Positions 1 to 11,300 of a stretch of 26,630 nt of DNA are shown piece after piece (positions within the stretch are counted from its first letter, which is position 1; every line of letters starts with the position of its first letter). The DNA is from Hydrurus foetidus (Eukaryota), in NCBI GenBank assembly GCA_900617105.1, contig UYFQ01000806.1, positions 62,001 through 88,630 of the forward strand, given 5' to 3'. The notes under the pieces are model-generated. The model searched no databases, was not told where the DNA came from, and saw only the letters and a list, made by a program, of their open reading frames with translations. Position numbers and translations under genes: made by a program.

Positions 1-550
1 GTAAATGATAACTTTAGTAGACTACCTCATCGTTATCACTCATGTCAATGCTTGTCAGTCCCTCCGATGGCTGTCCTACCTCAGCTCGTGATGCATCTGT
101 CAGCTGAGGGTAGTGAGCAAGACTGACTGTCTCAATTATGCGTCGAGGTACAGTATAAATACGTTCATCATAGTCATCCTTCTCAGAGCAGTACTATCTT
201 GTTAAGTTCATTATTGCTTCTACCATGAGTCTCATGCTTTAATATTCAGAAAACCCAACTCTAACCCTTACCGAATGCGGTATCTCCGATGGATTAGGTG
301 AATACAAAATAGACGTGAATGGGTCTCATGTTTGTTATTACAACTGAGGAAGTCCTCAAATCGACAGTACAGGTTCAGGTCGCAGCATATCGAAAATGCA
401 ACACTGAGAGAAATAACGAGGGACATACTTATCATCCCTCCTGTTTCTATCGGCACGCAGATCCCGTCCACCTCCTCCCATCCCTCCTCCCTCCAGCATG
501 CTGCTAGCCATGTCAACAGAGGTCGGGTAGGGTCAGATACCTCCTGGGTT

Positions 551-3313
551 TTAGAAGATTTCTTGGATGTCAGATACCTCCTGGGTTCGATAAGCTTCCG
601 AGTGGAGTTCGCTACTGCTGCCACTGCTGCTGTTGCTGCTCCTTGGTGTGGGCTGCTGATAGCCACCCCCTGCTTCTGATTCTTCTCCGTCATGGTCCAC
701 TCCAGGATCAACTCTGTCTGCATCTGCTTTGATATCGATCCGAGCTCTAACGATTCCAACTGCGTCGCTGCTTGCTGACCGCTTTCGCTTATTTCTGGGT
801 CCTTTACTTTTACTGTTGAAAATGACCCAGGACATATCGTCAGCTTCGAAAATACTCTTTTTATCGACCAACTCAGTGGGTCCCTTGTAAAGATTGTCCT
901 GGAGACTGTGAGCCCGTGACTGGTCGTTAGGGAACTTGCAGAACCAATTAAAAAATTCTTTCTCCTTCTTGTTCGTCACTTTGTTATCGATCGCACCCAA
1001 GATCCAACCCTTTCTATCGTGTTTGAAGTAATAAGCGAGGAACTTCCCCTTCCACGCTCCTCTACTCCTCATCTCCTCCAGTGAATGCATATGGAGCTCT
1101 TTCGACTTCATCCTCTCCACTATTTGCCTCATCTGATCTGCGGCTTTTTCTGGAGTAAGCGGAGGTTCGGTACTTTCCGGGTGGAATCTTTTGACTCCAT
1201 TTGCGTCCACAATTTGAGGCCTTTTACCGTCGCATCGACGTTGATGGTGCCTATCGACATTACTGTCGCTGAGAGGGGCATTTTCGCTCACGAGATGACT
1301 AGTGAATGGAAGATGTAGGGCAGGAATCTTCATCCGAAACGGGTCAGAGCCGAAGTTGAATCCTACAGACTGGTCCTCGTTGAGACTGACGCATGGATGC
1401 AATCCCCGAGCTACGTCTTCTTCACCAAGATGAAAGGGACCAACTTTAGAGATAGGCAGGCCATCTTCCTGATACCCGTGGATCAGGTAGAAGTACATCT
1501 CGGCCGTCTCTGCAGTCAGCGCGATGCTGCAGCCGATGCATCCCTCAGGCCCGAAATCGAAGGGTTCCTTGGTCTCTCTTACTTTACTCCCGTTGCGGAG
1601 CATGAAGTTTCCGTTGTGCGCCCAAGAGTGACGATCATCGCCCACGCCTTTGCTCTTGCCGTCCCCTCCTTTGATGGCCCCACTAGCCCAGCCGACCAGC
1701 TCCCCTCCTGTTATCGCCACTTCGTAATATAACGACACTTTACCAGAAACTGGATACATGCAACCCACGCTATAGAGTTCAGGTTCGTGAGATCCATCGG
1801 AATCACAGCTGTCAGATCCATCGGAATCAGAGCTGTTAGATCCATCGGAGTCAGAGCTGTCCGGGCCGTCAGAGTCGTCAAAGAAGCCTTTACAAACCAA
1901 AGTATCTTGATTGATATTGCACTGCCCATCACCCGAAAGAATAGTAAGTAGGTTCTGCGACTTCCGATTCCTGGATATAGAGGAAGCCTGACGACTCGAC
2001 GGTGATGCTGCACCGACACGATGGCTGGACAACGTGACGCCGCTAGACGAAATAAAATAGATTAGAAGTCAAAAAAAAATGTCAGACACGGAAACCCGTT
2101 GAGTTCAGAGGTGACAAAGGCTACTGATATGGTTGTCAGATGGGTCGCAGTCCTTCAAATCAAGATCGATTACTCAGCAGAAAGAATTTTCTCTCACCTC
2201 GAGGGGTGCGTCTCTCGTCCGTGCGAGTCACTGGAGGCTGTGGACAGAGGTGGCCGTCCCCGTCCCCTCAGTGCATGTGGCAAGTCGGACAAAGATGGCT
2301 CTAGCTTCACTGGAATAGCAGCGCTAGCTTGGCGCTTCTCTCTTCCTGGTAGTCTGCCTACTGGACCATGCACATCACTGAGAGATCTCTCGCCTAGAGA
2401 CGCTGATTTAAGACGAGTAACAGCGGCAGATGGGACTGCCCTGCCCTTGACCTGCCGGATAGGTACAGAAGCAGCTGGCATGGCAGCAGAAGGGGCTGCC
2501 CTGCCCTTGACCTGCCAGATAGGTACAGAAGTAGCTGGCATGGCAGCAGAAGGGGCTGCCCTGCCCTTGACCTGCCGGATAGGTACAGAAGCAGCTGGTA
2601 TGGCAGCAGAAGGGGCTGCCCTGCCCTTGACCTGCCGGATAGGTACAGAAGCAGCTGGCATGGCAGCAGATGGGGCTGCCCTGCCCTTGACCTGCTGGAT
2701 AGGTGCAGCCGTCGCTTCTGGACATGAAAGCTGGGGGCTAGTTCTGCTTTCATCTTCCACTTGTTCAGCAACCTGAACAAAACCCGATATATTGCAATGA
2801 CAGTATTGATTAATTATATGAAACAAATGTGATGGCAAACAGTTTCGACGACAGGACATTTATCTGGCTCAAAAATAGAGTAAATTAATATCAGTAGGTG
2901 GCGAAGTGCACCAGACATAAAGGGTCTTGGCAATGAGATTGAATTTTAAGCGATAAATAAAGGTCACAAACCTCAGGAGAGTGTGCGTCGTCGAAAGCTC
3001 GCCCATGCACAGACATTGGTGGTGCCGACGTTTGTTTCGCCACCTCAACTAACAAGTCTGGAAAGTCTCTTTGGAGTGCCTGTTCGACTTCGCACGACTC
3101 CTCTTCGTCTAAACCCAACTCCCTCAGCAGAATGAGGTTCCCATAGAATTTTCTTGCAAACAATTTGGGCCATGATATGCCGCGCTCACACAGCATCGTG
3201 GCTACTCTGTGTGACTTCGGTTTGCTAAGATATGCAGAATAAAAGAAATCTCGCATCCTCGGTACATCTTCCTCCAAGTCGATCATTGTGAGGTGGAAGT
3301 TATTTTCCGGCAT
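551..3313 (-). CDS. Multi-exon SPRY (B30.2)-domain protein; exons 3313-2972, 2772-2198, 2042-551; 3' end uncertain
   Basis: Three track ORFs join in frame through GT-AG introns: 2971-2773 (GAG|GTTTGT...CAG|GTT, phase 0) and 2197-2043 (AG|GTGAGA...TAG|C, phase 2). SPRY motifs YYEV, VGW, GVGDDxxSW, IGC, PCVSL and NFGSDPF lie at about 1790-1330. Confidence 0.75.
1790..1876. repeat. 24-bp coding tandem repeat, about 3.5 copies (SDSDGxxS acidic linker)
   Basis: gatccatcggaatcanagctgtna recurs with period 24 and encodes DSDGPDSS/DSDGSNSS/DSDGSDSC on the minus strand. Confidence 0.85.
2423..2708. repeat. 60-bp coding minisatellite, about 4.7 copies (20-aa unit PIRQVKGRAAPSAAMPAASV)
   Basis: Consecutive 60-nt lines 2461, 2521, 2581 and 2641 are nearly identical. 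The repeat lies in exon 2 of the SPRY gene. Confidence 0.95.
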
Positions 3314-3448
3314 AGCTGCACTACTGTCGCCCCGTGCTTTCTAATTTCTTTGCATCGTGAAGTTTGAACTTCCGAGAGTAGGAGGGCAAGTAGTACCTGG
3401 TAGCAAACTCGACTGCTGGAGGTATCAGAAATCAGGAGTCAAAAGGCA

Positions 3449-3457
3449 GGTACAGAG
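3449..3457. repeat. MULE target-site duplication, left copy (GGTACAGAG)
   Basis: The identical 9-mer occurs at 17073-17081, directly outside the other TIR. Confidence 0.93.
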
Positions 3458-3534
3458 GGGGATACGTATCCGGGCCAACGAACCAGGCCAATAGGCCAGG
3501 CCAAGATATAGTACACCATTAATTGTTGTCATCA
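3458..3534 (+). repeat. MULE left terminal inverted repeat (77 bp)
   Basis: ggggatacgtatccgggccaacgaaccaggccaataggccaggccaagatatagtacaccattaattgttgtcatca is the reverse complement of 16996-17072 at 75 of 77 positions. Confidence 0.95.
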
Positions 3535-4074
3535 GAATGACGACATATGATAACTCTTGACCCATCTTTCACAGCAAATAATTAATGCACAATTTTTCAG
3601 TGCGCAGCAACTTTAAAATGTGACTTGATCAATCTGACAACGGTGCGTCCAAATGTCTAATCGATTTTTGTCTACTCGCATGACTCCATTTCGTAGAATG
3701 ACCTGAACTTGAAAAACGTTAACGTCAAATTAACTATGGCCTTCACTACGGCTCAAGTGAATGCAACTACCAACGTAACTTGATCTGCATCTTTAGTACT
3801 CATACTCACAAAACTATTGCGTGCTCAACTGTCGGCATGTCATATTGTTTAAAGCACAATTTCTGACAACTCCCGATTAAAATATCGCCGTGCAGGATTC
3901 ATAGGACACAGCATCTGCAGACGGAGTAGGGCTTGTCCAAATGAATTAGAGAAAGGTTGCAGACGCTGCTTTCAAGGGCGATGTACTTATCACTACTCAT
4001 CAGCGGCCAAATTCAACCTGAGTATACTCATCGTGATCTCAACGCGATTTAACTCTTGACGCGATTTTACTCTC

Positions 4075-4435
4075 TGCTTACAGATGCATCACTAGCAGCG
4101 ACACGAGAGGGTTGCAAGGGACTGACAAGCATTAATATGAGTTTTACTTACAATATGACAGATGTCGGTATGGCATGTCTGACCCAGGGATACAGCCAGC
4201 TACAGTCAAACAGTATTGTGGAATGCTTTCTACTTACAGACTCGGAGTTAGCTGCGATAAGGGAGGGTTGCAAGGGACTGACAAGCATTCATATGAGAGA
4301 TAAGAGTAACATGATAGATGTCGGTATGGCATGTCTGACCCAGGGATACAGCCAGCTACAGTCAATCAACATTGTGGGATGCTTTTTGCTACAGATGCAT
4401 CACTAGCTGCGATAGGAGAGGGTTGCAGGGGACTG
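4075..4435 (+). pseudogene. Degenerate cysteine-containing LRR (FBXL/AMN1-like) gene fragment inside the MULE
   Basis: 26-aa LRR units LTDASLAAxxEGCKGLTSINM and MTDVGMACLTQGYSQLQSINIVGC occur in a 156-bp period, about 2.3 copies. There is a frameshift near 4390, no clear start, and it ends abruptly in low-complexity DNA. Confidence 0.75.
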
Positions 4436-4440
4436 TTCCA

Positions 4441-4712
4441 CCCACTATCCGTTGCACACTCTCACTCACTATCTTTTGTACACACTCACTCACTTTCATC
4501 TGTCCTCACTCACTTACTCATTGTTGTGCACACTCACTCTCTGTTGCACTCACTCTCTGTTGCACACATTCACTCACTCTCAGTTGCCCTCAGTCACTCT
4601 ATCAATCTCTGACGCACTCCCTCTCTGTTGCACTAACTCTCTGTTGTACAATCTTTGTTATACACACTTAATCTCTGTCGCACTCAATTACTCTCTGTCA
4701 TACATACTTACT
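4441..4712. repeat. Degenerate CACT/CTCT low-complexity repeat tract
   Basis: Recurring ctctctgttgcacactcact-like units. Confidence 0.75.
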
Positions 4713-4812
4713 ATTATTTTTCATTATCATAAATTCAAAAGTCAACTCATAACAAAAGCGGAGATCTACTGCCTAGCTTAATTAAGATTGTTACACAGTG
4801 TTTAACTTCAGG

Positions 4813-7429
4813 TCATTTTTTCGATGCTTTCTTGCGACTCTCAACTGCTGGTATTAATCGCTTTTTACCTTTACTAACTGTCAGCGAAGGTAATACGGCT
4901 GTGATGTCATGTTGAATTGGGATTGTAGTTGGATCCAATGTGGCATTCCCTAAACTTCTACGATGGGCGTTCGACTCCATTACTGCCCTTGCAGCATTCC
5001 TAGTATTTGGAAATCATATTAGTATCATTATTAGCACTATAAATTTCAAATAGAGATTGTACCTCTTGAGAAGACCTTCGTAATAAAGATAGAATATCTC
5101 TCTCTCTTCCAAGCTGCTATTGACATAAGGAACAATAAAATTTATAGCCTTCTTTGTCTTCTCTGCAATACTTTCCGGTGCATTACTATTCGACTTTGCA
5201 GTAGGGTAGGCGAGTGCTTTATATGCTGTACCTCCAAGGCCTATGATCTCCCATGACTCATGTGATATCTTCTGAGCCCAATTCCAGCACGTTGTTGCAT
5301 CAGTATGTTTCACTGTATCGTGTGGGACATCACTCATGACTGTGAAATCAGCAACTGCATCAATTGCAACATCATTCATGAAGTGCAAATGATAAACAGG
5401 ATGGAAGTGCTGTTTTATGTTGAGACATATTCTACCATGATAGAATACAGCTATAATATGCTTACTTGGAAGCCCCCATCTTGCGTACGATGGTGAGGTG
5501 CATGCAATGTTTCCACTGGGGCTAATGAAAACAATGTCTATAGAGCCATTGATTGATCTTGATGTCACTTTAAAGTAATCACCCTCGATGAATTTGTAGC
5601 TAGCATCGTTTCCATCTTCTGTGTTACTTATCAGACAACGAAATCTTTGACCTGATGGGCCCCTTGCCATTCCTAATGCTTTGAAGGCAGCCTCGATATC
5701 AATATCGCCAACGATCTTGTCCACTTTGTATCCGAAGCTTCTTTTCAATTGTTCTAATGTGAGTTTAATGCCCTCATCTGTAAGAGAGGCAGTCAAGTGT
5801 TTTGCGAATCGTGAAAAACCAGCAGCGGTGGCTTCTTCAAGCATCACTTTGATTGTTCCAATCGACTGCCTCCTGTCGACGTTCAACTTTCTTCTGATCA
5901 ATGATTCTCGAAAGAACAGCAGTGTCTTGTTGAGTGGAATCAAAACTCTACGAAGACCCAATTTTAAAGTGGAATGAATTCCTGCATGAAATAGTAACAG
6001 TAACGGCATGAATGAGTGTAAGAAGTTAAAATCAAGAATAGGTGTAGTAACGATATCAACTGCAAAGATATCAACCACCTTCCTGCATAGAGCTGGCTTG
6101 AAACCCATAATCTAATTCCCATGTAAAAGCACATGTTGCCCAAGTGGACACATTACGCCATAGAAAGTCAATGTATTTCTTTGATTTCGGGAATTTAATT
6201 AAAACTTCGTCGAGACGCAATCGAACTAGCAGCAAAGTCGGTGCATATCGAAGATACTTCCAAATGGCATGCCACGTAATTGTAGTAAGACTTGTCCTTA
6301 AGCAGCTTATCGCAGCTTGACCCTAGCAAACGAGATTGTATCTGTCTCAGGACAAAGTGATCTTATATAGCGTATAATATACTGCAGTGAAGTGTGTTAC
6401 CGGTGTTACCTCATCATTGGACTCTTCTTGCTCTGTATCATCAGCAGTTGGAAAACCATCCTGCAAAGCGGCTTCGCAGCAGTTGAAAGGCTCCTCTTGG
6501 CCAGCAGAGGAGCAAGTAAAAGTCTCAGGGAAGTCAGTACCCTTGCTAAATTTGCGCCATTTGCTGCAGTCATCGCATTGTATCCAATGACTCTTGGCTG
6601 ATTTTGAGTCGCCTGCAGGAGGAAGGAAGAACAAGAAGGAAAAACAAGGATGCTAAGTTGAATGAGGGGACCCTAAAGGGTGTTAAGCTATTAAAGCGAT
6701 TGAGTACCTTCTGCTTCTGAGTTCGTTGTAAGACACATATGACCGAAATGTTTCTTGATGTTTTCCGTTGCATGATAAAGACATAGAATTATTCTTACTC
6801 TTTGAAATTGAATCCTTGCTGCCTTAAACTTAGCAGGATCACCATCAACAATCAGTACCCAGTTGTCATACTTGAGTGATGGGTAAAGGTCTAGTAAAAC
6901 GTCCATCTCATTCACGAAAGTAGCTGTATCCTCTTGCGTTATTGCTGAAGCAACGATGACAAATGCTTCGTGTCCTGGAGTCAACATGGTTATGAAAGAC
7001 CACTTACTTACTCCACTTTTTGGCGAAGTGATACCAAAAGTGACGTCTGATACAGCCACATTGAATTGCAATTGATTTTTCATTGCTTTCTCTGGCAGCC
7101 ACTTCGGATCGTGAAAACTTATAGCTTTAATGACCTCATTTTCATCGTCATATAGAATTCTATGAGGTAAAGATTCTTCAACGAGACTTTTCAAGAAGTC
7201 CTTCAGACTGTCAACATTCGTTCCGACTATTAATCCACTTGCGCGTTTCGCGCTCTGAATAATACTGTTGGAGAAGGATGACGGGGGGGCGCATAAGTGG
7301 CCTGCGGACGCAAAATGTAACACGATTAGTGACAAACTATTTCAATCAATCCAAACAGACTATTGAGCTATACCTGATCCAAACCCGATGTCGCCACTTT
7401 TAATTAGAGACAGCTCAATCTGTTTTCTA
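4813..7429 (-). CDS. MULE transposase, 3' part; exons 7429-7374, 7301-6708, 6612-6410, 6322-6079, 5981-5063, 4999-4813
   Basis: Five GT-AG introns (72, 95, 87, 97, 63 bp) are all phase-compatible. Motifs: VSDVTF (first D), IVDGD (second D), LCLYH (CxxH), WATCAFTWELDYGFQASSMQEGIHSTLK (catalytic E context), SWIM-like CTSPSYARWGLPSKH, and a basic tail KGKKRL; stop TGA at 4815-4813. Confidence 0.85.
6410..6612 (-). other. Exon encoding a CW-type zinc finger within the transposase
   Basis: HWIQCDDCSKWRKFSKGTDFPETFTCSSAGQEEPFNCC fits the zf-CW pattern WxQCxxCxKWR...(W/F)xC...C. Confidence 0.8.
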
Positions 7430-7433
7430 GCAG

Positions 7434-7640
7434 TGTGGCTCCCTCAGGGTCTGCTACCCCATTCAGCCGATTAGATGCTGTTTCCACCTTAGTACCTTCG
7501 TGTTCACAGCCACGACTATCAGTCACTAGCTAGTTTGTGCTGCTTTGCAGAAGTTACTAGCGTACCTTCTGTTGCATCCCTAACTAATTAGCTCCTTTTA
7601 GCCTTTAGACTTCCCTTCTCTTTTGCCTTCCAAGGTCACA
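7434..7640 (+). repeat. 5' LTR (207 bp)
   Basis: tgtggctccc...caaggtcaca; one mismatch against 16135-16341 (tttgtGctg versus tttgtTctg). Confidence 0.96.
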
Positions 7641-7731
7641 GTAGATCTACTTCCTTTAGTTTCTCTTCTTTAGACCCTATCCTCCTACTCTAAGCTACCA
7701 TCCTCTATACTACCCTGCTGCCCTAACTCAC

Positions 7732-8080
7732 CCGATTACCTGCGTGGAGAATCTCGAATTTTATTCGAAATTCTCGTTTGCGAGCAATTCTTACTATCGC
7801 GAGCAAGTCTCCGAAGTCTGGTCGCCGTAAACTTAGTCACTCGGTTTCTCCCGATACTTGACTATTTTGTGGTTGCTTGAGTTTCATCTCAGCAATCCCA
7901 TACCGATTACCTGCGTGGAGAATCTCGAATTTTATTCGACATTCTCGTTTGCGAGCAATTCTTACTATCGCGAGCAAGTCTCCGAAGTCTGGTTGCCGTA
8001 AACTTAGTCACTCGGGTTGAGATTTCTCTCCCGATACTTGACTGTCTTGTGGTTGCTTGAGTTTCATCTCAGCAATCCCA
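7732..8080 (+). repeat. Tandem duplication (171-bp period, 2 copies) in the Gypsy 5' leader
   Basis: 7732-7900 and 7903-8080 both run ccgattacctgcgtggagaatctcgaa...ctcagcaatccca; the second copy is 9 bp longer. Confidence 0.92.
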
Positions 8081-8380
8081 AATTTTTGTGCAGAGTTAAC
8101 TCCGTTAACTTCTGCCCATCTCTCGCCTCAAGCTTTGCTTGGCTGACGTCCGTGGATAGCTTTGTCTTCCACGCCGTTCTCGTGGTTGGTCGAGCAAGTC
8201 TCCCAATCCCGACTTATTTTGTACGGATTGATTCACTCATCCGTCCAGAACCTGCTTGACTTATTGTGCTTCGCCTAATCGCCTGTTTGATTTTCATCCA
8301 AACGGCACGAGGCGAAGCCCTTGCAAATTTTTTTGGCGACTCCCGCTATTTAAAATTGTCAAGACATAAGTCATCTAACG

Positions 8381-11300
8381 ATGCCGTTATCCGATGACTC
8401 TTCGGAGATATCGCCGTCGCTCGCCGAATTAACCACTCAATTAATTCCGGCAGCGACGACTGTTTCAAAAACTCAGTCGACACCAACACCGCCGACAGCA
8501 GTAGCTGCGTCTGATGGAACTGATCGACCGGTATTCCCAGTAACAATACTGGGACCTACCAACAGTTCCAATCAGGCGCCGCCTAATCGTCATAACGACG
8601 ACAACGACGACGAAATTCAGACAACGCGACAATATGACAATGTCACGTTGCGTTCGTCAGACGCAAATCGTCAGCAAACACGCCATAACGGCAACCCTGA
8701 CCGGGATGACGACGACGACGATACCAACCCTCGTCGCCGTGTAGATTCACCCCCACAACGATATCTCCGTCGTCAGGGCCTCGACAGTTACGACAATTCA
8801 ACTCGTCGGAATAACCTCGTCGACGGAGATGCAACGGGCGACGACTCGCCCACTCACAATCAACAAAGTGGTAGCGAAGACGGTGGTGACGGTAATCGTT
8901 ATGATAACCGTCAACGCCACGAGTCTAACCAACGTCAATACAATGACGATAATCGAAACAACAACGATTATCGACGTTCTAATGATGACAATCAAGGTCA
9001 CAACGACAATCGTCGTAACTACGATGACTCCAACCCTCCCAGGGACAACCGTAACACGGGCCCTTCATACGGTACGGAGCACCGTAACGACAACCGTTAC
9101 GATAACGATGGACGTCAATATAACGATGATCGCCGCAATGACAATCAACGTCAGAGCGATAATCGTCGTTATAACGACAATTACCGTCAGAATGACGACA
9201 ACCACGACTACGACAACGATGGTCGTCGCGGCTATGACACCCCATTCAACGACGACAACAGACGTCAATATGACGATCGACGCAACATCGACAATCGTCG
9301 CAACGACGACAACCCACGTCAGAATGACGGGCGTCGCGATCACGACTATCGCCAACAAGACGACAACCCTAACAGGGATAATCGCAGAGACACTTTCCAA
9401 CGTCACAACGATAACCCCCAAAGGGATAATCGTAACTACGAGGATTCTCGTCGTAATGACAACCCAAACAGGGGAAATTATTCGACTAACAATCGCGGTT
9501 TCGATAGTTTTCGCGACGACAACAACGACAGTTTCCGTCAGGGCGACAACAACCCCAATAGGAGAAGTCGTCGAGAACCCCCACAGGGTTACGATGACAG
9601 TCCCCCAAGGGACTATCCTCAAGGAGACAATCGTCGCCAACAGGATACCTCCAACCGGGGCAACCGTAATACTGACGGTCGTCAGTACAACGACAACCAG
9701 TACGAGGACGAACGTGCGACTCCACGGGCAACCGTACGCGTTACCGACAATCCTCGACTACTCGAGAGTCGCGATACGCGCATCCCCGAAAATGTGGAGA
9801 CAATAACCCGCACAGCGGACGCTCCTCGCAAACGCGCGTCACCTCCACAAGAGGGTCCCACATCACGCAAGCGACAAGCTTCCCCACCAGGGTCACCGGA
9901 ACGGCCTACATACGTACGTACGTTCACCGGTGACACGGATTACAACCCACAACCCCAACGAGTCATCCAGGAGATCCCACGGGAAATTCGGGTTCCTAAC
10001 CCACTCCCCTTGGATCCTCCCGACATCGTGATACTGCCTGCAACAGCTCGCATAATCGATTACGAGCAGCAAACAGCAGCATTCCGAGCTGCAGGGGGCG
10101 GTCCCGACCCCAATGCAGCGCACCCGGTACGACCACCGATACCACGGTACATACACGATCGTACGTCACCGATCAACGTACCCGCGGTACAGTTTGCCAC
10201 ACCCAATGCGGCACCTACAGCGCTTGTAGTGGGTGGCCGTGCTGTGGACGATGGTTCCCGACCCATCTCCGCTATTGCCTTGCAAACGGTGCTTTACGTT
10301 CTCAACGTAAATGCGTCAGGCATTATTGGACAAGAGGCCGCACGGGAGTTTTTCGAACACTCCCAGAGGTGGACCAACAACTATGATGTTGGTCAAGTCA
10401 TCTCGACTAAAGCAGTCAGGTGTATCGATGATCAGATCCATACGGATCAAGATTATCCATACGCGGAAGAGACACGTAAAATGTGGCTCCAAACACTGAC
10501 TGTCCCTCAAGTAGCGCAATTAGTCCTGCGCTACTTTCGCGCGGACACACAGCTAGGACAGTCACTAGCTGAGCATTTCTCGGAAGTCCATCTCGCCTTT
10601 TGTTACAACAAAAGGGAGATTGAGATGCGCTGCATGACTCAGTTTCGTGAGGTGGTGGAGAACCATGTACAAGTACATGGCCCACTCAGCACCTCCGACC
10701 ATGCTGCACTCACTCTCATCTTCGAGAAAAAGATGCCTCTTAACGGTGCCATCACCGCCAAATACAAAGAGCATAAACGCGTCAATCCGCATGACGTGGA
10801 CGATTGGGAATTCGCGATGCGTCGCTTTTTCTCCCAAGTCAATGCGGTACGCCAACTTCAGCTACACGTAGCGGCTTTTGGGGACCCCAACGACATTTAT
10901 TGTCACCCCGCTACCCAAAATCCATACGGGTTGTCTCTCACGACGAACCCCAAAACCCTGTTGGTTGGTGCGGCACTCCCAGCTTTACCACCGCTGGCAC
11001 TGCCAACAACACCACTCCGGCAGTGTAACTCGTGTGGACACATGGACCATCTGCTGAAAAACTGCCCACACATGTGGATGGTGGATTCAAACACCAACCA
11101 CAATGTTCCGTGGGAACACTCCAACATGGGTCGCACGTGGGCACAATACGGTCATGCGACCTACCCTATCAATGATCGCATCCCTGGTCTGGGCCGCTTC
11201 AAAATTCACATACCCCGTCGTGAAACAAATTTCACTGATGAGGTATTGAATAAAACTCAGCCTCCAGGGGGTGGTCAGAAGAAAAAATACCAAGGGAACC

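Noticed and set aside
2099..2780. Additional ORFs over the 60-bp repeat
   Set aside because: The repeat is open in several frames; only the 2194-2859 frame splices in phase with the flanking exons.
4372..4781. His/Ser/Leu/Thr-rich ORFs
   Set aside because: They are translations of a CACT/CTCT low-complexity tract.
5982..6108. N-terminal 42 aa of the 364-aa ORF as a real protein start
   Set aside because: It is mostly the 97-bp intron plus an out-of-frame piece of the upstream exon.
8798..9806. Hydrophobic V/I/T-rich ORFs (9065-9640 minus, 8829-9806 plus) as membrane proteins or env
   Set aside because: They are alternate-frame shadows of the GAC/AAC/CGT-rich Gag low-complexity region.
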